Source: Patescibacteria group bacterium
GTDB lineage: Bacteria; Patescibacteriota; Minisyncoccia; Phycocordibacterales; JBBTRF01
Direction: 5' to 3'
Assembly (NCBI GenBank): GCA_038065315.1
Contig: JBBTRF010000001.1
Span: 528,458 to 592,457 of the forward strand
DNA: 64,000 nucleotides
Part shown: positions 30,413-39,665 of the stretch, in pieces
Layout of the letters: each line of letters starts with the position of its first letter
Numbering within the stretch: position 1 is the stretch's first letter
The notes under the pieces: model-generated
Databases searched by the model: none
The model's input: the letters and a program-made list of their open reading frames with translations, nothing else
Told to the model about the DNA's origin: nothing
Position numbers and translations under genes: made by a program

Positions 30413-31099
30413 CTCCTGACCAATAGCGAAGACGTTGCTCGTGGTCCAATAAATAGCGATACCAGCATTGATACTGTATGAGGCAAAGAAGACGATGACA
30501 GGGAGGACATACTTCATCTGCGTACTCATGGCATGCGCCAGGTCTGTACCAAAAGACGGCGCTACGTTTGGATCTTTTTTGGTGACTGGCATTGAATATT
30601 TGATCTGAAAAAACTGTGTGATCGCCGCCAAGAGGGCGAGTTCCCAACTTTTCTTTGTAATATCGATGAACCAAAGCTTCATGGTGACCAACTCAGGGGA
30701 GTGGATGAATGAATAGAGCAGGGAGGCGTCGATCTTTGGCAAGCCGCCGCTATAGAAGATCTGGTAGAGCGCGAGGATGATCGGGATTTGGATAAAAATA
30801 AGCAGGATGCTCGAAAACGGGTTGATACCCGACTCTTTGTAGAGCTTCATGGTCTGCATCGACTGCTCAGCTGGATCTTTGTATTTCGCCTTGAGCTCAT
30901 TGATCCGCGGCTCAAGCTCCTTCATCTTCATTTGGCTCAAAACCGCCTTGCGAGAGAGGGGAAAGAGGATGAGCTTCACAATCACCGTAAATACCACAAT
31001 AGCCACACCGAAATCTGCCCACTGTGGAAGGGTGTTGATGAGAAAAATAAGCCCGTTGTACAACGGGTCGTAGAAAAACGTATGGTAGAGGTAACTCAT
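30389..31099 (-). CDS. yidC: Membrane protein insertase YidC
   Basis: KLILFPL, LYKESGINPF, QIPIILALY and YWTTSN motifs. Confidence 0.95.
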   Translation of the reverse strand: MSYLYHTFFYDPLYNGLIFLINTLPQWADFGVAIVVFTVIVKLILFPLSRKAVLSQMKMKELEPRINELKAKYKDPAEQSMQTMKLYKESGINPFSSILLIFIQIPIILALYQIFYSGGLPKIDASLLYSFIHSPELVTMKLWFIDITKKSWELALLAAITQFFQIKYSMPVTKKDPNVAPSFGTDLAHAMSTQMKYVLPVIVFFASYSINAGIAIYWTTSNVFAIGQELFIRRKK

Positions 31100-31108
31100 C
31101 AGGCTATT

Positions 31109-31489
31109 CTAGACTAATTTCACTTTTTTGAGAAGCAGGCGAATCTCGGCCTCGATTTCAGGCAAAGGCAGCTCTTTTGCAGCCTTGGTCGCACCTCCCA
31201 CACCCTTGCCACCAGGCACTCTCACAAAGAAGGCGCCGCTAAAAGGAGCCTTTAGTGAGCCATTTTTTCGCACTTCTGCCAGCACATTCTCCAGCGCGGC
31301 GGCGAAGCGTCGCTTGATCCGATTGCGCAGCACAGCTGTGCCAGCCGCCTTCTTTGAGACTACGACGGAGCATTTCAAGGTAGGGGACGGCAAAAGACGT
31401 GCTGAAAAGGTCGCTGAGGAACAAAAAACACCCTTTCCGAGCAATTCGGGGAAGAGCGTTTTTGTGACTCGTTGAGTCTTTGGGAGCAT
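31109..31489 (-). CDS. rnpA: RNase P protein component
   Basis: VVSKKAAGTAVLRNRIKRR (RNR motif); between rpmH and yidC. Confidence 0.92.
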   Translation of the reverse strand: MLPKTQRVTKTLFPELLGKGVFCSSATFSARLLPSPTLKCSVVVSKKAAGTAVLRNRIKRRFAAALENVLAEVRKNGSLKAPFSGAFFVRVPGGKGVGGATKAAKELPLPEIEAEIRLLLKKVKLV

Positions 31490-31505
31490 CGAACAGGGCG
31501 TGTCT

Positions 31506-31658
31506 TTAAGCCTTTCCGCTCTTCTTCACGGAGAGCTTCTTGCGTCCCTTGAGTCGTCGTCGAGCGAGCACACGCTTGCCGCCCGAAGTTCGGCCTCGTA
31601 CGAGGAAGCCGTGGGTCTTCGCGCGCTTTCGCTTCTTTGGATGATATGTGAATGACAT
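31506..31658 (-). CDS. rpmH: 50S ribosomal protein L34
   Basis: [18 protein letters not shown]...GRKKL; own promoter TTGAAC-17-TACGCT 7 nt before ATG. Confidence 0.96.
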   Translation of the reverse strand: MSFTYHPKKRKRAKTHGFLVRGRTSGGKRVLARRRLKGRKKLSVKKSGKA

Positions 31659-31702
31659 GGGGAATAGCGTAACACAGAGTGCGAAAATGTTCAATATTTA
31701 TG

Positions 31703-31746
31703 AAAAGAAAAGCGACCACCCTCATCTAGAATACTGGGGTGGCCGC
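31703..31746 (-). terminator. Intrinsic terminator of the 16S-like RNA
   Basis: GCGGCCACCC...GGGTGGTCGC followed by TTTTCTTTT on the minus strand. Confidence 0.8.
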
Positions 31747-31748
31747 CA

Positions 31749-31961
31749 TGGCGCGTTTGATTGTGTCTCTTCCGGCTACTCCGCCTCTGGGAATAGCTAC
31801 CCGTCTTAGCCTTGGTGTTGGCCGTTACCCCACCAACTAGCTGATAGGACGCGAACCCCTCAATGAATCTTTTGCCGCGTAGCTGATCGGCAGGTTGCTC
31901 ATTGAGTTGGTAATTCACGCATTACTCGCAACAGACCGAAGCCTGCAGAACTCTGGCGCCA
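31749..31961 (-). ncRNA. Stand-alone RNA homologous to the 16S rRNA 5' domain (h7-h11-h12 miniature)
   Basis: GCGTCCTATCAGCTAGTTGGTGGGGTAACGGCC(AA)CACCAAGGCTAAGACGGGTAGC matches 16S h11; GAGTAATGCGTG, h7 and h12 stems retained; closing helix TGGCGC/GCGCCA; own promoter and terminator. Confidence 0.8.
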
Positions 31962-31966
31962 AAGAA

Positions 31967-31996
31967 AGTATAGTCCTTTCAGCACGAATCAGTCAA
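31967..31996 (-). promoter_or_regulatory. Sigma70 promoter for the 16S-like RNA
   Basis: TTGACT (31996-31991)-18-TATACT (31972-31967). Confidence 0.75.
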
Positions 31997-32031
31997 CTTT
32001 GGTTAATAAGTATGTTGAAGGTGTGTCTAGT

Positions 32032-32139
32032 AGGGGAGGAGAGATGAAATGTGAGGGACTACGGAGCGCGTCGGCGCGAGTCGGAGCGAAAAGTCAGCAG
32101 ACTTTTACGCGTGCCCTTACATTTCATCTCTCCTCCCCT
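32032..32139. repeat. Structured extragenic element, copy A
   Basis: 26-bp inverted arms (1 mismatch) enclosing core CGGAGCGCGTCGGCGCGAGTCGGAGC; homologous to 39158-39262. Confidence 0.8.
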
Positions 32140-32220
32140 CTATCCACAACTTATCAACATGTTTCTCCACCCTCCACAAGTGTTGCATTTTCTCCCCAGC
32201 TTATATAATACGTTTCACTT

Positions 32221-33567
32221 ATGGACTACAAGCAAATGTGGGATAAAGTATTGGTTGAGATTGAGCTTGCTATCTCAAAGGCTACATTCATCACTTGGTT
32301 CTCCAACACCCACATCCAAAAGATCGACGATGGCACCGTCCACCTCCATGTCCCAAACGTCTTCGCGAAAGATTGGATCAGCAACAAGTATCACAAACAG
32401 ATCCTGAAGAACCTCCGAGGGCAGAACGAGACCATCAGGGCGATGGCCTACGTCATTGCCAAAGAGGACGGCACGCGCAAGAAGGTAGAGGAGCCACCGA
32501 AGGCACCGTTTAATCCCACCACCCAACTGCCGCTCAGCGACGTTCAGATCAACAAGGACGACAACCTCAACCCGCGCTACACCTTCGACACGCTCATCGT
32601 CGGTAGCTTCAACGAACTCGCCCACGCCGCCTCACAAGCCATCATCAAGAAGCCCGGGCAGGCATACAACCCCTTCTTCATCTATGGCAACACCGGTCAC
32701 GGCAAGACCCACCTCGTGCAGTCGATAGGGAACTACATCAAAACCCACTACGCTGGGAAAAAAGTGTACTACCTCACCTCAGAAAAGTTTGGCCAGGAGT
32801 GCATCAATGCCCTTCAGACCAACAAAATGAATCTCTTCAAGGAGAAGTATCGCAAGTACGATGTCATCATCATGGATGATGTGCAATTCTTCTCCAACAA
32901 AGACAAGATCCAGGAGGAGCTTTTCCATTTGTTCAATTTCTTCTTCGACAACAACCGCCAGATCATTTTCTCGGCCGACAAGCACCCCAACTTCATCGCC
33001 AATGTCGAAGACCGCCTCCGCTCACGCTTCAGCTCAGGCATGCTGGTGGAGCTGCCATACCCGGATCTCGAGTCTCGTACAGCCATTTTGAAGGCCAAGG
33101 CATCACAGAGCGGCTTTACGCTCAATGATGAGACCGCCGAGTATCTTGCATCTTCTGTTGAGGGTAATATTCGCGAGCTTGAGGGTGCGCTCAACTCAAT
33201 CATTTGCCAGGCCCAGCTAAAAGGGAAGGACCTCAGCATGTTGGAGATCAAAAACTTGGTAAAAAACAGTGCGAAGCCAAAGAAAACGATTGCCGCGAAG
33301 GATATTATCAAAATTATCGCCGACTACTACAACATCGACGAGGCAAGCATCTACGACAAGACCCGCCGAAAGGAGGTGGTGCGCCCTCGACAGATGGTTA
33401 TGTACATTTTGCGAGAGGATTGTAGTGTCTCGTACCCTTCGATCGGCCAAAAGCTCGGCGGGCGAGACCACACGACCGTCATCCACTCGTGCGAGAAGAT
33501 CAAACACGAGATTAAGACCGACACGACCCTGATGCAGGAATTGAATCAGATTCGAGCTCTTCTTTAA
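32221..33567 (+). CDS. dnaA: Chromosomal replication initiator DnaA
   Basis: LNPRYTFD, YNPFFIYGNTGHGKTHL, DDVQF, NIRELEGAL and GGRDHTTVIH motifs. Confidence 0.98.
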   Translation: MDYKQMWDKVLVEIELAISKATFITWFSNTHIQKIDDGTVHLHVPNVFAKDWISNKYHKQILKNLRGQNETIRAMAYVIAKEDGTRKKVEEPPKAPFNPTTQLPLSDVQINKDDNLNPRYTFDTLIVGSFNELAHAASQAIIKKPGQAYNPFFIYGNTGHGKTHLVQSIGNYIKTHYAGKKVYYLTSEKFGQECINALQTNKMNLFKEKYRKYDVIIMDDVQFFSNKDKIQEELFHLFNFFFDNNRQIIFSADKHPNFIANVEDRLRSRFSSGMLVELPYPDLESRTAILKAKASQSGFTLNDETAEYLASSVEGNIRELEGALNSIICQAQLKGKDLSMLEIKNLVKNSAKPKKTIAAKDIIKIIADYYNIDEASIYDKTRRKEVVRPRQMVMYILREDCSVSYPSIGQKLGGRDHTTVIHSCEKIKHEIKTDTTLMQELNQIRALL

Positions 33568-33844
33568 ATTGGGGATAATTCTGTGGATAAGGGTATGATA
33601 AGTGCCTGAACTCTGTGGATGGATCTGGGGAGAGGGTGTGGGGCGGACGGGGAAGCGGTGTGTAGAAGTCGGGGTATTTTGGGGAAGTTCTCCACCGTCG
33701 TCCCCACCTATCCAGAGTCTCCCCAACAGGGGTGGGGAGAAGAAATCGCCAGCCACGGCCCGGTTGAGCGACTCCCAGACTTATACACATATCCACAGTC
33801 TTAATAATAGTAATAACTCTTTATATAGAATATAGTAAAAACAC
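33568..33844. other. Replication origin oriC
   Basis: TGTGGATAA 33582-33590, TTATACACA 33781-33789, several degenerate boxes, TAA/TAG trio array 33802-33816 in an AT-rich end; dnaA-dnaN intergenic position. Confidence 0.85.
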
Positions 33845-34945
33845 ATGAGGATAGAATGCGTACGAGAAAAATTTGCGGCAGCAGTCCAAAAGGCCGAACG
33901 AGTAACTGGAAAGAATCTGACCCTTCCGGTATTAAAGTGCCTCTACCTGAAAGCAGAGCGTGGCAACTTGCTCATCCGGGCAACCAATCTTGACCTCGGC
34001 ATTGAGATCAACCTGCCTGTGAAAGTGGAAATTCCTGGTTCAGTCGCCATCCCGGGCGCCGTACTCTCAAGCTTCCTCCAGCAGGTGCGCAATGACAAGA
34101 ACATCATCCTTGAAACCATCGACGGCAACCTCTCAGTATCAACCCAGAACAACTCAACCCTCATCAAGGCATTGCCGCACGACGATTTTCCAACCGTACC
34201 AGTGTTCATGAAGGAGAACAGCCTCACCTTGGCTCCAAAAGAGTTTGTGCGCGGCCTTAAAGCCGTCTGGTATGCCTCTGGAACCTCCCAGGTGAAGCCG
34301 GAACTCTCCAGTGTATATGTGTTCGCAGATCAGGACGAATTGGTCTTTGTAGCCACCGACTCTTTCCGTCTTGCTGAGAAGCGAGTGCGGGTGAAAAAGG
34401 CACAAGACTTCTCTCACGTGCTCATTCCGTTCAAAAACGTCACTGAAATTATGCGTATTCTTGAAGAGATCGATGAAGATGTCGAAATTTCCTTCGACAA
34501 AAACCAGATTGCCTTCTCCTCGAGCAATGTGTACCTCACCTCACGTCTCATCGACGGCTCTTTCCCTGATTACAAACAGATTATTCCAAAAGAACACAAA
34601 ACTGAGGCGACCCTACTCAAGGAAGACCTCGTTAATTCGTTGAAAATGGCGCATATTTTTTCCGACAAATTCAATCAGGTCTCCTTGTCTGTCACACCAT
34701 CGAAAAAGGCCTTTGAAATGAAGACCAAGAACGCCGAAGTGGGGGAGAATGTAAACAAGCTCAAGGCCAATCTCACCGGTGAGGACATTGATATGAATTT
34801 CAATCATAAATACGTCACCGATTGCTTCCAGTCAATCGATTCAGACAGCATTACCCTCCATTTCAACGGCCCTAGTCGTCCGGTAGTGCTCCGTGGTGTG
34901 TCCGACAAAACATTCTTGTACTTGGTGATGCCAATGAATCGCTAG
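33845..34945 (+). CDS. dnaN: DNA polymerase III beta clamp
   Basis: ATNLDLGI, VATDSFRLA, SRLIDGSFPDY and YLVMPM motifs. Confidence 0.97.
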   Translation: MRIECVREKFAAAVQKAERVTGKNLTLPVLKCLYLKAERGNLLIRATNLDLGIEINLPVKVEIPGSVAIPGAVLSSFLQQVRNDKNIILETIDGNLSVSTQNNSTLIKALPHDDFPTVPVFMKENSLTLAPKEFVRGLKAVWYASGTSQVKPELSSVYVFADQDELVFVATDSFRLAEKRVRVKKAQDFSHVLIPFKNVTEIMRILEEIDEDVEISFDKNQIAFSSSNVYLTSRLIDGSFPDYKQIIPKEHKTEATLLKEDLVNSLKMAHIFSDKFNQVSLSVTPSKKAFEMKTKNAEVGENVNKLKANLTGEDIDMNFNHKYVTDCFQSIDSDSITLHFNGPSRPVVLRGVSDKTFLYLVMPMNR

Positions 34946-34969
34946 TACGGCAACACGTCGCCTTTTTCT

Positions 34970-35221
34970 ATGTTCAACATATCGAACTTTCTCGCCAAGT
35001 TCTCGAATCTGCGAAACAATGCCTTTGTTGTCCGCGACGCTTTTATTCAAGTGGCACAAGACGTGGCAGGCATTACGCTTTTGGGCACACAAGTGGAGGT
35101 GAAGGAAGGTGTTGCTCGCGTGCAGGCGCACTCGATGATCAAAAACGTTCTGCACATCAAGAAAGAGGCCATTCTTGAGGTGCTACGACAGAAAGGCGTT
35201 GCCCTAAAGGACATTAAATGA
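34970..35221 (+). CDS. Small hypothetical protein downstream of dnaN
   Basis: 83-aa ORF co-directional with dnaN. Confidence 0.6.
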   Translation: MFNISNFLAKFSNLRNNAFVVRDAFIQVAQDVAGITLLGTQVEVKEGVARVQAHSMIKNVLHIKKEAILEVLRQKGVALKDIK

Positions 35222-37873
35222 CGTCGTCGCCTCGGTTTTGTTGCCGACACTGTCTTTCGCCACAGCTTTGAGTACGTTTGGACCCGAGAGGTTTGCTGAG
35301 TCAGTATCTGATAGATGGAAGGAAAATATCCAAGGGGACTGCTCGGTGGTGCCGAGGTACGCATTGTTGAGATAGTAATCGATTCGGTTGAGTGGGAAGT
35401 GGCTGCGGATGCCGACAGATACACTGACGGTGTCTGTCTTGGAGAGGGAGGCGTTTGGTGCGGGAGTGGTGAAGGTGAGGGATGGGAAGAATTCCGGCAC
35501 GTGCACGTCGTCTTTCTGTGTCGGGATCACCCCCGTACCTTCGTCAATGAGTCGGTTCAGCTCCGCCCACTTTTGGACCGAGTACTCCCAATTTGCAAAT
35601 GACGGGTCACTGCTCGGCATCAGCGGTTGAGGTCCGTTCGGGTCATTTTTGTCGATCCAGTAGAGGATGGAGTGTGCGCTTCGGATGACGCGCTCTTCTC
35701 TGAGCTCGGGCGGCGTGTATTCGGTGGCGAGCTTGCCGGTGATCTTGTCGACAGAGTACGATTGGTTACCTTGCCAGAAGCCTCGGAGTACCGGCTTGAC
35801 TGTCTCATCCTGGAGCGGCGTCGGCTTCGGGAAGTTTTCGGCTGGGTATTTTTTAAACGTTTCATACATGAAGGCATTCCAGAGGGGGGCGATCACCTGG
35901 CGGGCGGAATTCTCTTTAGCGATCGGGCGGCCGTCGTTGTTGCCGGCCCAGGCACCCACCGCGATGTTGGGTGTGTAGCCCACCACCCACATATCCTTGA
36001 ACTCATTGGTGGTTCCCGTCTTTACCGCCACGTCATATCCAGGGAAGCGAAGTGCCGAGTTGTTGCCAAAGATTGGCGCACGAGCTTCATTGTCTGAAAG
36101 CACATCCGAGATGGTGAGGGCGATATTTGGATCTAGTACCGGTACGGGGCGAGCCTGAAACTGCTCTAGGACGTTGCCGTCGCGATCCGTGATCTTCAAG
36201 ATGCCTGTTTCTGGATTGCGCACTCCTTGGTTGGCAAATACTGAATATGCGCTAGTCATATCGAGAGGGGTCACTTCGCCACCACCAAGCACCAAAGTGA
36301 GGCCGTATCGGTCGGCATCTGCGAGACCACTAATACCCATCTCTTTCGCTAGTGTGAGGGAGTCGTGGATGCCCGCAAGGTACAAAGTCTTGATCGCTGG
36401 GATGTTGATCGACTGGGCGAGTGCGTCGCGCAGTGTTATCGGCCCACGGAAGCCACCGTCATAGTTGCGCGGGGAGTAGCAGACGGCATCCGGGCGATTT
36501 GGTGTGCTTGAGGCCACGATCAGCTGGGTGCTAGTGGCGCTGACAGTGATGTTTGGGGTGCAGTCGCTCGAAAACTCGGTTGGGAGGTCGAAAAGCACGG
36601 TCTCCGGAGAGTACCCCTTGATGAAAGCCTCAGCGTACACGAATGGTTTGAATGAAGATCCGGGCTGTCGGCGGGCGAGAGTGACGTTGAAGTTGCCATT
36701 GATCTCCGTGTCGAAGTAGTCGCGCGAGCCGATCATGGTGAGGATCTGGCCGGTCTTTGGATCGAGCGCGACGAGGGCAGCGTTTTCCGCATCGATGGTC
36801 TTTTTGTTGTCGATCGCAAAACGCTTCACAATTTCTTCGCCTTTTTGCTGGAGTTCGTAGTCGAGGGTGGTGATCACCTTTAGTCCACCCTCAGACACGA
36901 CCTGCTCACCATACTTCTCTGTAATATACTCACGAATATAGAAGACAAAATGCGGGGCTTTGATGCCGCGATTTTCCGGTTTGTTGAAAGTGACAGTTTC
37001 TTTTCTAGCGGCATCATATTCTTTTTGTGTAATGAAAGCATGCTCAAGCATTTGTTGTAGCACGACGTTTTTGCGTACCTCGAGGCGGTCAACATGGTTG
37101 CCAAAAGGGGAGAAGAAAGAAGGTGCTTGGGGCAAGGCGGCGAGATATGCAGATTGAGCCAAGGTCAAATCGCTAGCATGAACCCCAAAAAACTCCTCAG
37201 ACGCTTGTTCTACGCCGTAAATAGTGCCGCCGTACGGTGCCTCATTGAGATAGATCCCCAAAATTTGGTCCTTGGTGAGCACCCGTTCGAGTTTCAGAGC
37301 CAACACCCACTCCTTCAGCTTTCGAGTGATGGTTTTGTCGGTGGTGAGGAGCGAGTTTTTTACAACCTGCTGCGTGATTGTTGAGCCACCCTGTGCGAGC
37401 TGTAAAGTAAAGATGTCGGTGATGATTGCTCGCAAGATCGCTGTCGGCTTGATGCCAGAGTGTTCGTAAAATTCAGTATCCTCGATGGCTACAGTCGCAT
37501 TCTTCACATTCCGAGAGATCTCTTCAAATGCGACATTTTTGCGCTTGATATTGTTATGTACATCGTAGAGGAGGATTTTGCCTGTGCGGTCGTAGATTTT
37601 GGTCGATTCACTCAATTTTCGGTCCTCAAAAGAGGCCAAGTCGGGTAGCTGGAAGGTGGATACCCAGAAGGTCATGAAGCCGCCGATGATAAAGCAGAGG
37701 GAAATGCCAACCAGCACCACTTCCTTGAGGAGCGTGGAGCGATGTTTCAGCCAGTGGTGCGCATGGCGGACTGTGTGTCGGGCGATCTTGTGGGCGTAAT
37801 GAGCGCCCTGCTGGGCCGCCTTCCGCGCCCTTTTACGCGCGAGGGCGAGGTCTGCCGAAGATATGCGTTTCAT
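35204..37873 (-). CDS. Class A penicillin-binding protein (PBP1A family)
   Basis: EDTEFYEH, GGSTITQQ, RKLKE, QPGSSFKP (SxxK), SIN and KTGT motifs. Confidence 0.95.
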   Translation of the reverse strand: MKRISSADLALARKRARKAAQQGAHYAHKIARHTVRHAHHWLKHRSTLLKEVVLVGISLCFIIGGFMTFWVSTFQLPDLASFEDRKLSESTKIYDRTGKILLYDVHNNIKRKNVAFEEISRNVKNATVAIEDTEFYEHSGIKPTAILRAIITDIFTLQLAQGGSTITQQVVKNSLLTTDKTITRKLKEWVLALKLERVLTKDQILGIYLNEAPYGGTIYGVEQASEEFFGVHASDLTLAQSAYLAALPQAPSFFSPFGNHVDRLEVRKNVVLQQMLEHAFITQKEYDAARKETVTFNKPENRGIKAPHFVFYIREYITEKYGEQVVSEGGLKVITTLDYELQQKGEEIVKRFAIDNKKTIDAENAALVALDPKTGQILTMIGSRDYFDTEINGNFNVTLARRQPGSSFKPFVYAEAFIKGYSPETVLFDLPTEFSSDCTPNITVSATSTQLIVASSTPNRPDAVCYSPRNYDGGFRGPITLRDALAQSINIPAIKTLYLAGIHDSLTLAKEMGISGLADADRYGLTLVLGGGEVTPLDMTSAYSVFANQGVRNPETGILKITDRDGNVLEQFQARPVPVLDPNIALTISDVLSDNEARAPIFGNNSALRFPGYDVAVKTGTTNEFKDMWVVGYTPNIAVGAWAGNNDGRPIAKENSARQVIAPLWNAFMYETFKKYPAENFPKPTPLQDETVKPVLRGFWQGNQSYSVDKITGKLATEYTPPELREERVIRSAHSILYWIDKNDPNGPQPLMPSSDPSFANWEYSVQKWAELNRLIDEGTGVIPTQKDDVHVPEFFPSLTFTTPAPNASLSKTDTVSVSVGIRSHFPLNRIDYYLNNAYLGTTEQSPWIFSFHLSDTDSANLSGPNVLKAVAKDSVGNKTEATTSFNVL

Positions 37874-37919
37874 TGCTCATACAATAGCAGAAAAACCGCC
37901 GACATGGTAGATTATTTCT

Positions 37920-39158
37920 ATGAACCCCCTCTTTTCTTTCCTCAGAAAACAGCCGAATATCAACGTTGACCCTAAAAAAGTGGCCGATATTCTCACTCGC
38001 GGTGTCGAAGATGTATTTGTAAAGGAGTCACTGGAGAAAAAACTTCTTTCTGGCAAGCAGCTACGCGTGAAGCTTGGTATTGACCCTACAAGTGCAAAGA
38101 TTCATCTCGGCCGTGCTATTACCTTGCGAAAGCTCAAGGCATTTCAGGACCTCGGGCATCAGATAGTGCTCATTGTTGGAGACTTCACTGCGCTTGTTGG
38201 TGATCCTTCAGACAAGCTCGACAAGCGCCCGATGCTCACGCCGGAAAAGATCCGCGAAAATCTCCGCGATTACAAAAAGCAGATTGGCAAGATCATCGAC
38301 GTCAACCGTACGGAATTTGTGTTCAACAGTAAATGGCTCTCGAAACTCGGTTTCGCCGAGATTGCCACGCTCGCCGAAAGCTTCTCCGTGCAACAGATGA
38401 CCGCACGACGCAACTTCAAAGACCGACTCGATAAGGGTGAGGAGATTTCGCTCCGAGAGCTTTTGTACCCACTCATGCAAGGGTACGACTCTGTGGCGGT
38501 GAAAGCCGATATCGAGCTTGGTGGATTTGATCAACTATTTAATTTGAAAGCGGGGCGTGTTATCCAGAAGCACTACGGTCAGCCGGAGCAGGACGTGCTT
38601 ACTACCGCGATGCTCGAGGGTACCGATGGCCGAAAGATGTCTTCGAGTTGGGGGAATGTCATTGCGATTGTGGACAGTGCCGATGAGATGTTCGGCAAGC
38701 TAATGTCCGTACGCGACGAATTAGTTTCGAAATATTTCTTGCTTTGCACCGACCTCTCGGAGAGCGAGATTACAGCGGGGGAGGCGGCCATTGCCACCGG
38801 CGCCAATCCACGTGACCGAAAAGTGCAACTCGCTAAGGCTATTGTTGCTCTCTATCACGACCAAGGGGCGGCCGATGCCGCTGAGCAGCGTTTTAATAAT
38901 GTATTTGCTTCAGGTGCGATGCCTGATGACGCGCCGACAGTGTCTGTTGCGAAGGGCGCCGTGCTCGCTGATGTTCTAGTTGCCGAAAAAATTGTTTCTT
39001 CAAAGTCCGATTGGCGTCGCCTCGTAGATGGTGGCGGAGTGCATATCGTGGGTGCTGACGGTCCGAAGGACAAGATCACTGACTACCACTTTGCTGTCTC
39101 TACCGACATTGATCTGAAGATTGGCGCTCGCCGTTTCGCGAAGATCCGTACTAAATAA
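37920..39158 (+). CDS. tyrS: Tyrosine--tRNA ligase
   Basis: GIDPTSAKIHLG, YPLMQGYD, GGFDQLFN, KMSSS; C-terminal S4-like domain. Confidence 0.97.
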   Translation: MNPLFSFLRKQPNINVDPKKVADILTRGVEDVFVKESLEKKLLSGKQLRVKLGIDPTSAKIHLGRAITLRKLKAFQDLGHQIVLIVGDFTALVGDPSDKLDKRPMLTPEKIRENLRDYKKQIGKIIDVNRTEFVFNSKWLSKLGFAEIATLAESFSVQQMTARRNFKDRLDKGEEISLRELLYPLMQGYDSVAVKADIELGGFDQLFNLKAGRVIQKHYGQPEQDVLTTAMLEGTDGRKMSSSWGNVIAIVDSADEMFGKLMSVRDELVSKYFLLCTDLSESEITAGEAAIATGANPRDRKVQLAKAIVALYHDQGAADAAEQRFNNVFASGAMPDDAPTVSVAKGAVLADVLVAEKIVSSKSDWRRLVDGGGVHIVGADGPKDKITDYHFAVSTDIDLKIGARRFAKIRTK

Positions 39159-39262
39159 GCAAAAGTGAAATGTTTTTTGGAACTGCGGAGCGCGGCGGCG
39201 CGAGCCGGAGCAAAATCCTAGCAAGGATTTATGCGTGTCCAAAAAACATTTCACTTTTTGCT
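39158..39262. repeat. Structured extragenic element, copy B
   Basis: AAAAGTGAAATGTTTTTTGGA/TCCAAAAAACATTTCACTTTT arms enclosing core CGGAGCGCGGCGGCGCGAGCCGGAGC. Confidence 0.8.
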
Positions 39263-39533
39263 ACCATTCTTCTTTTTCGTCCGCGTCATCGATGTCCGGA
39301 GAAAAATCCTCCTCGGTCATCACGTCTGGTATTTCCTCGATGGCAGGAACCTCTGGATCATCGATCTTTTCATCAACTTCTTCAAGTGCCTTCTCCACTT
39401 CCTTGCTGATCGGTGCATGCTCATCCTTCTCTTCCTCTTTTTCTACCGTTTTTTCCAACGGTTTGGTGGCACCCTTTACCGCTTTCGATGCAAGCTTTTT
39501 CTTTACCAATGTTTTACTCGATTTCTTCGCCAT
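39261..39533 (-). CDS. Small protein with basic N-terminus and acidic C-terminus
   Basis: 90-aa ORF MAKKSSKTLVKKK...DIDDADEKEEW. Confidence 0.65.
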   Translation of the reverse strand: MAKKSSKTLVKKKLASKAVKGATKPLEKTVEKEEEKDEHAPISKEVEKALEEVDEKIDDPEVPAIEEIPDVMTEEDFSPDIDDADEKEEW

Positions 39534-39665
39534 GCTGGTGTGCTTAATGGATAACTCAGAATATGATTCAGGCTAGTATCCTCGAAATATATATTTTTGC
39601 AAGTAGTTTGCCAAGAAAGCCCTGTGGATATTGAAATAGGCGTTGCAAGCTAGCGGCGCTGACAC

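Noticed and set aside
31691-31918. 75-aa ORF upstream of rpmH
   Set aside because: Overlaps the 16S-like structured RNA and runs through its terminator; no protein motif
31749-31961. A genuine 16S rRNA gene
   Set aside because: Only ~213 nt, helices internally deleted, bounded by its own terminator; no rRNA operon in the window
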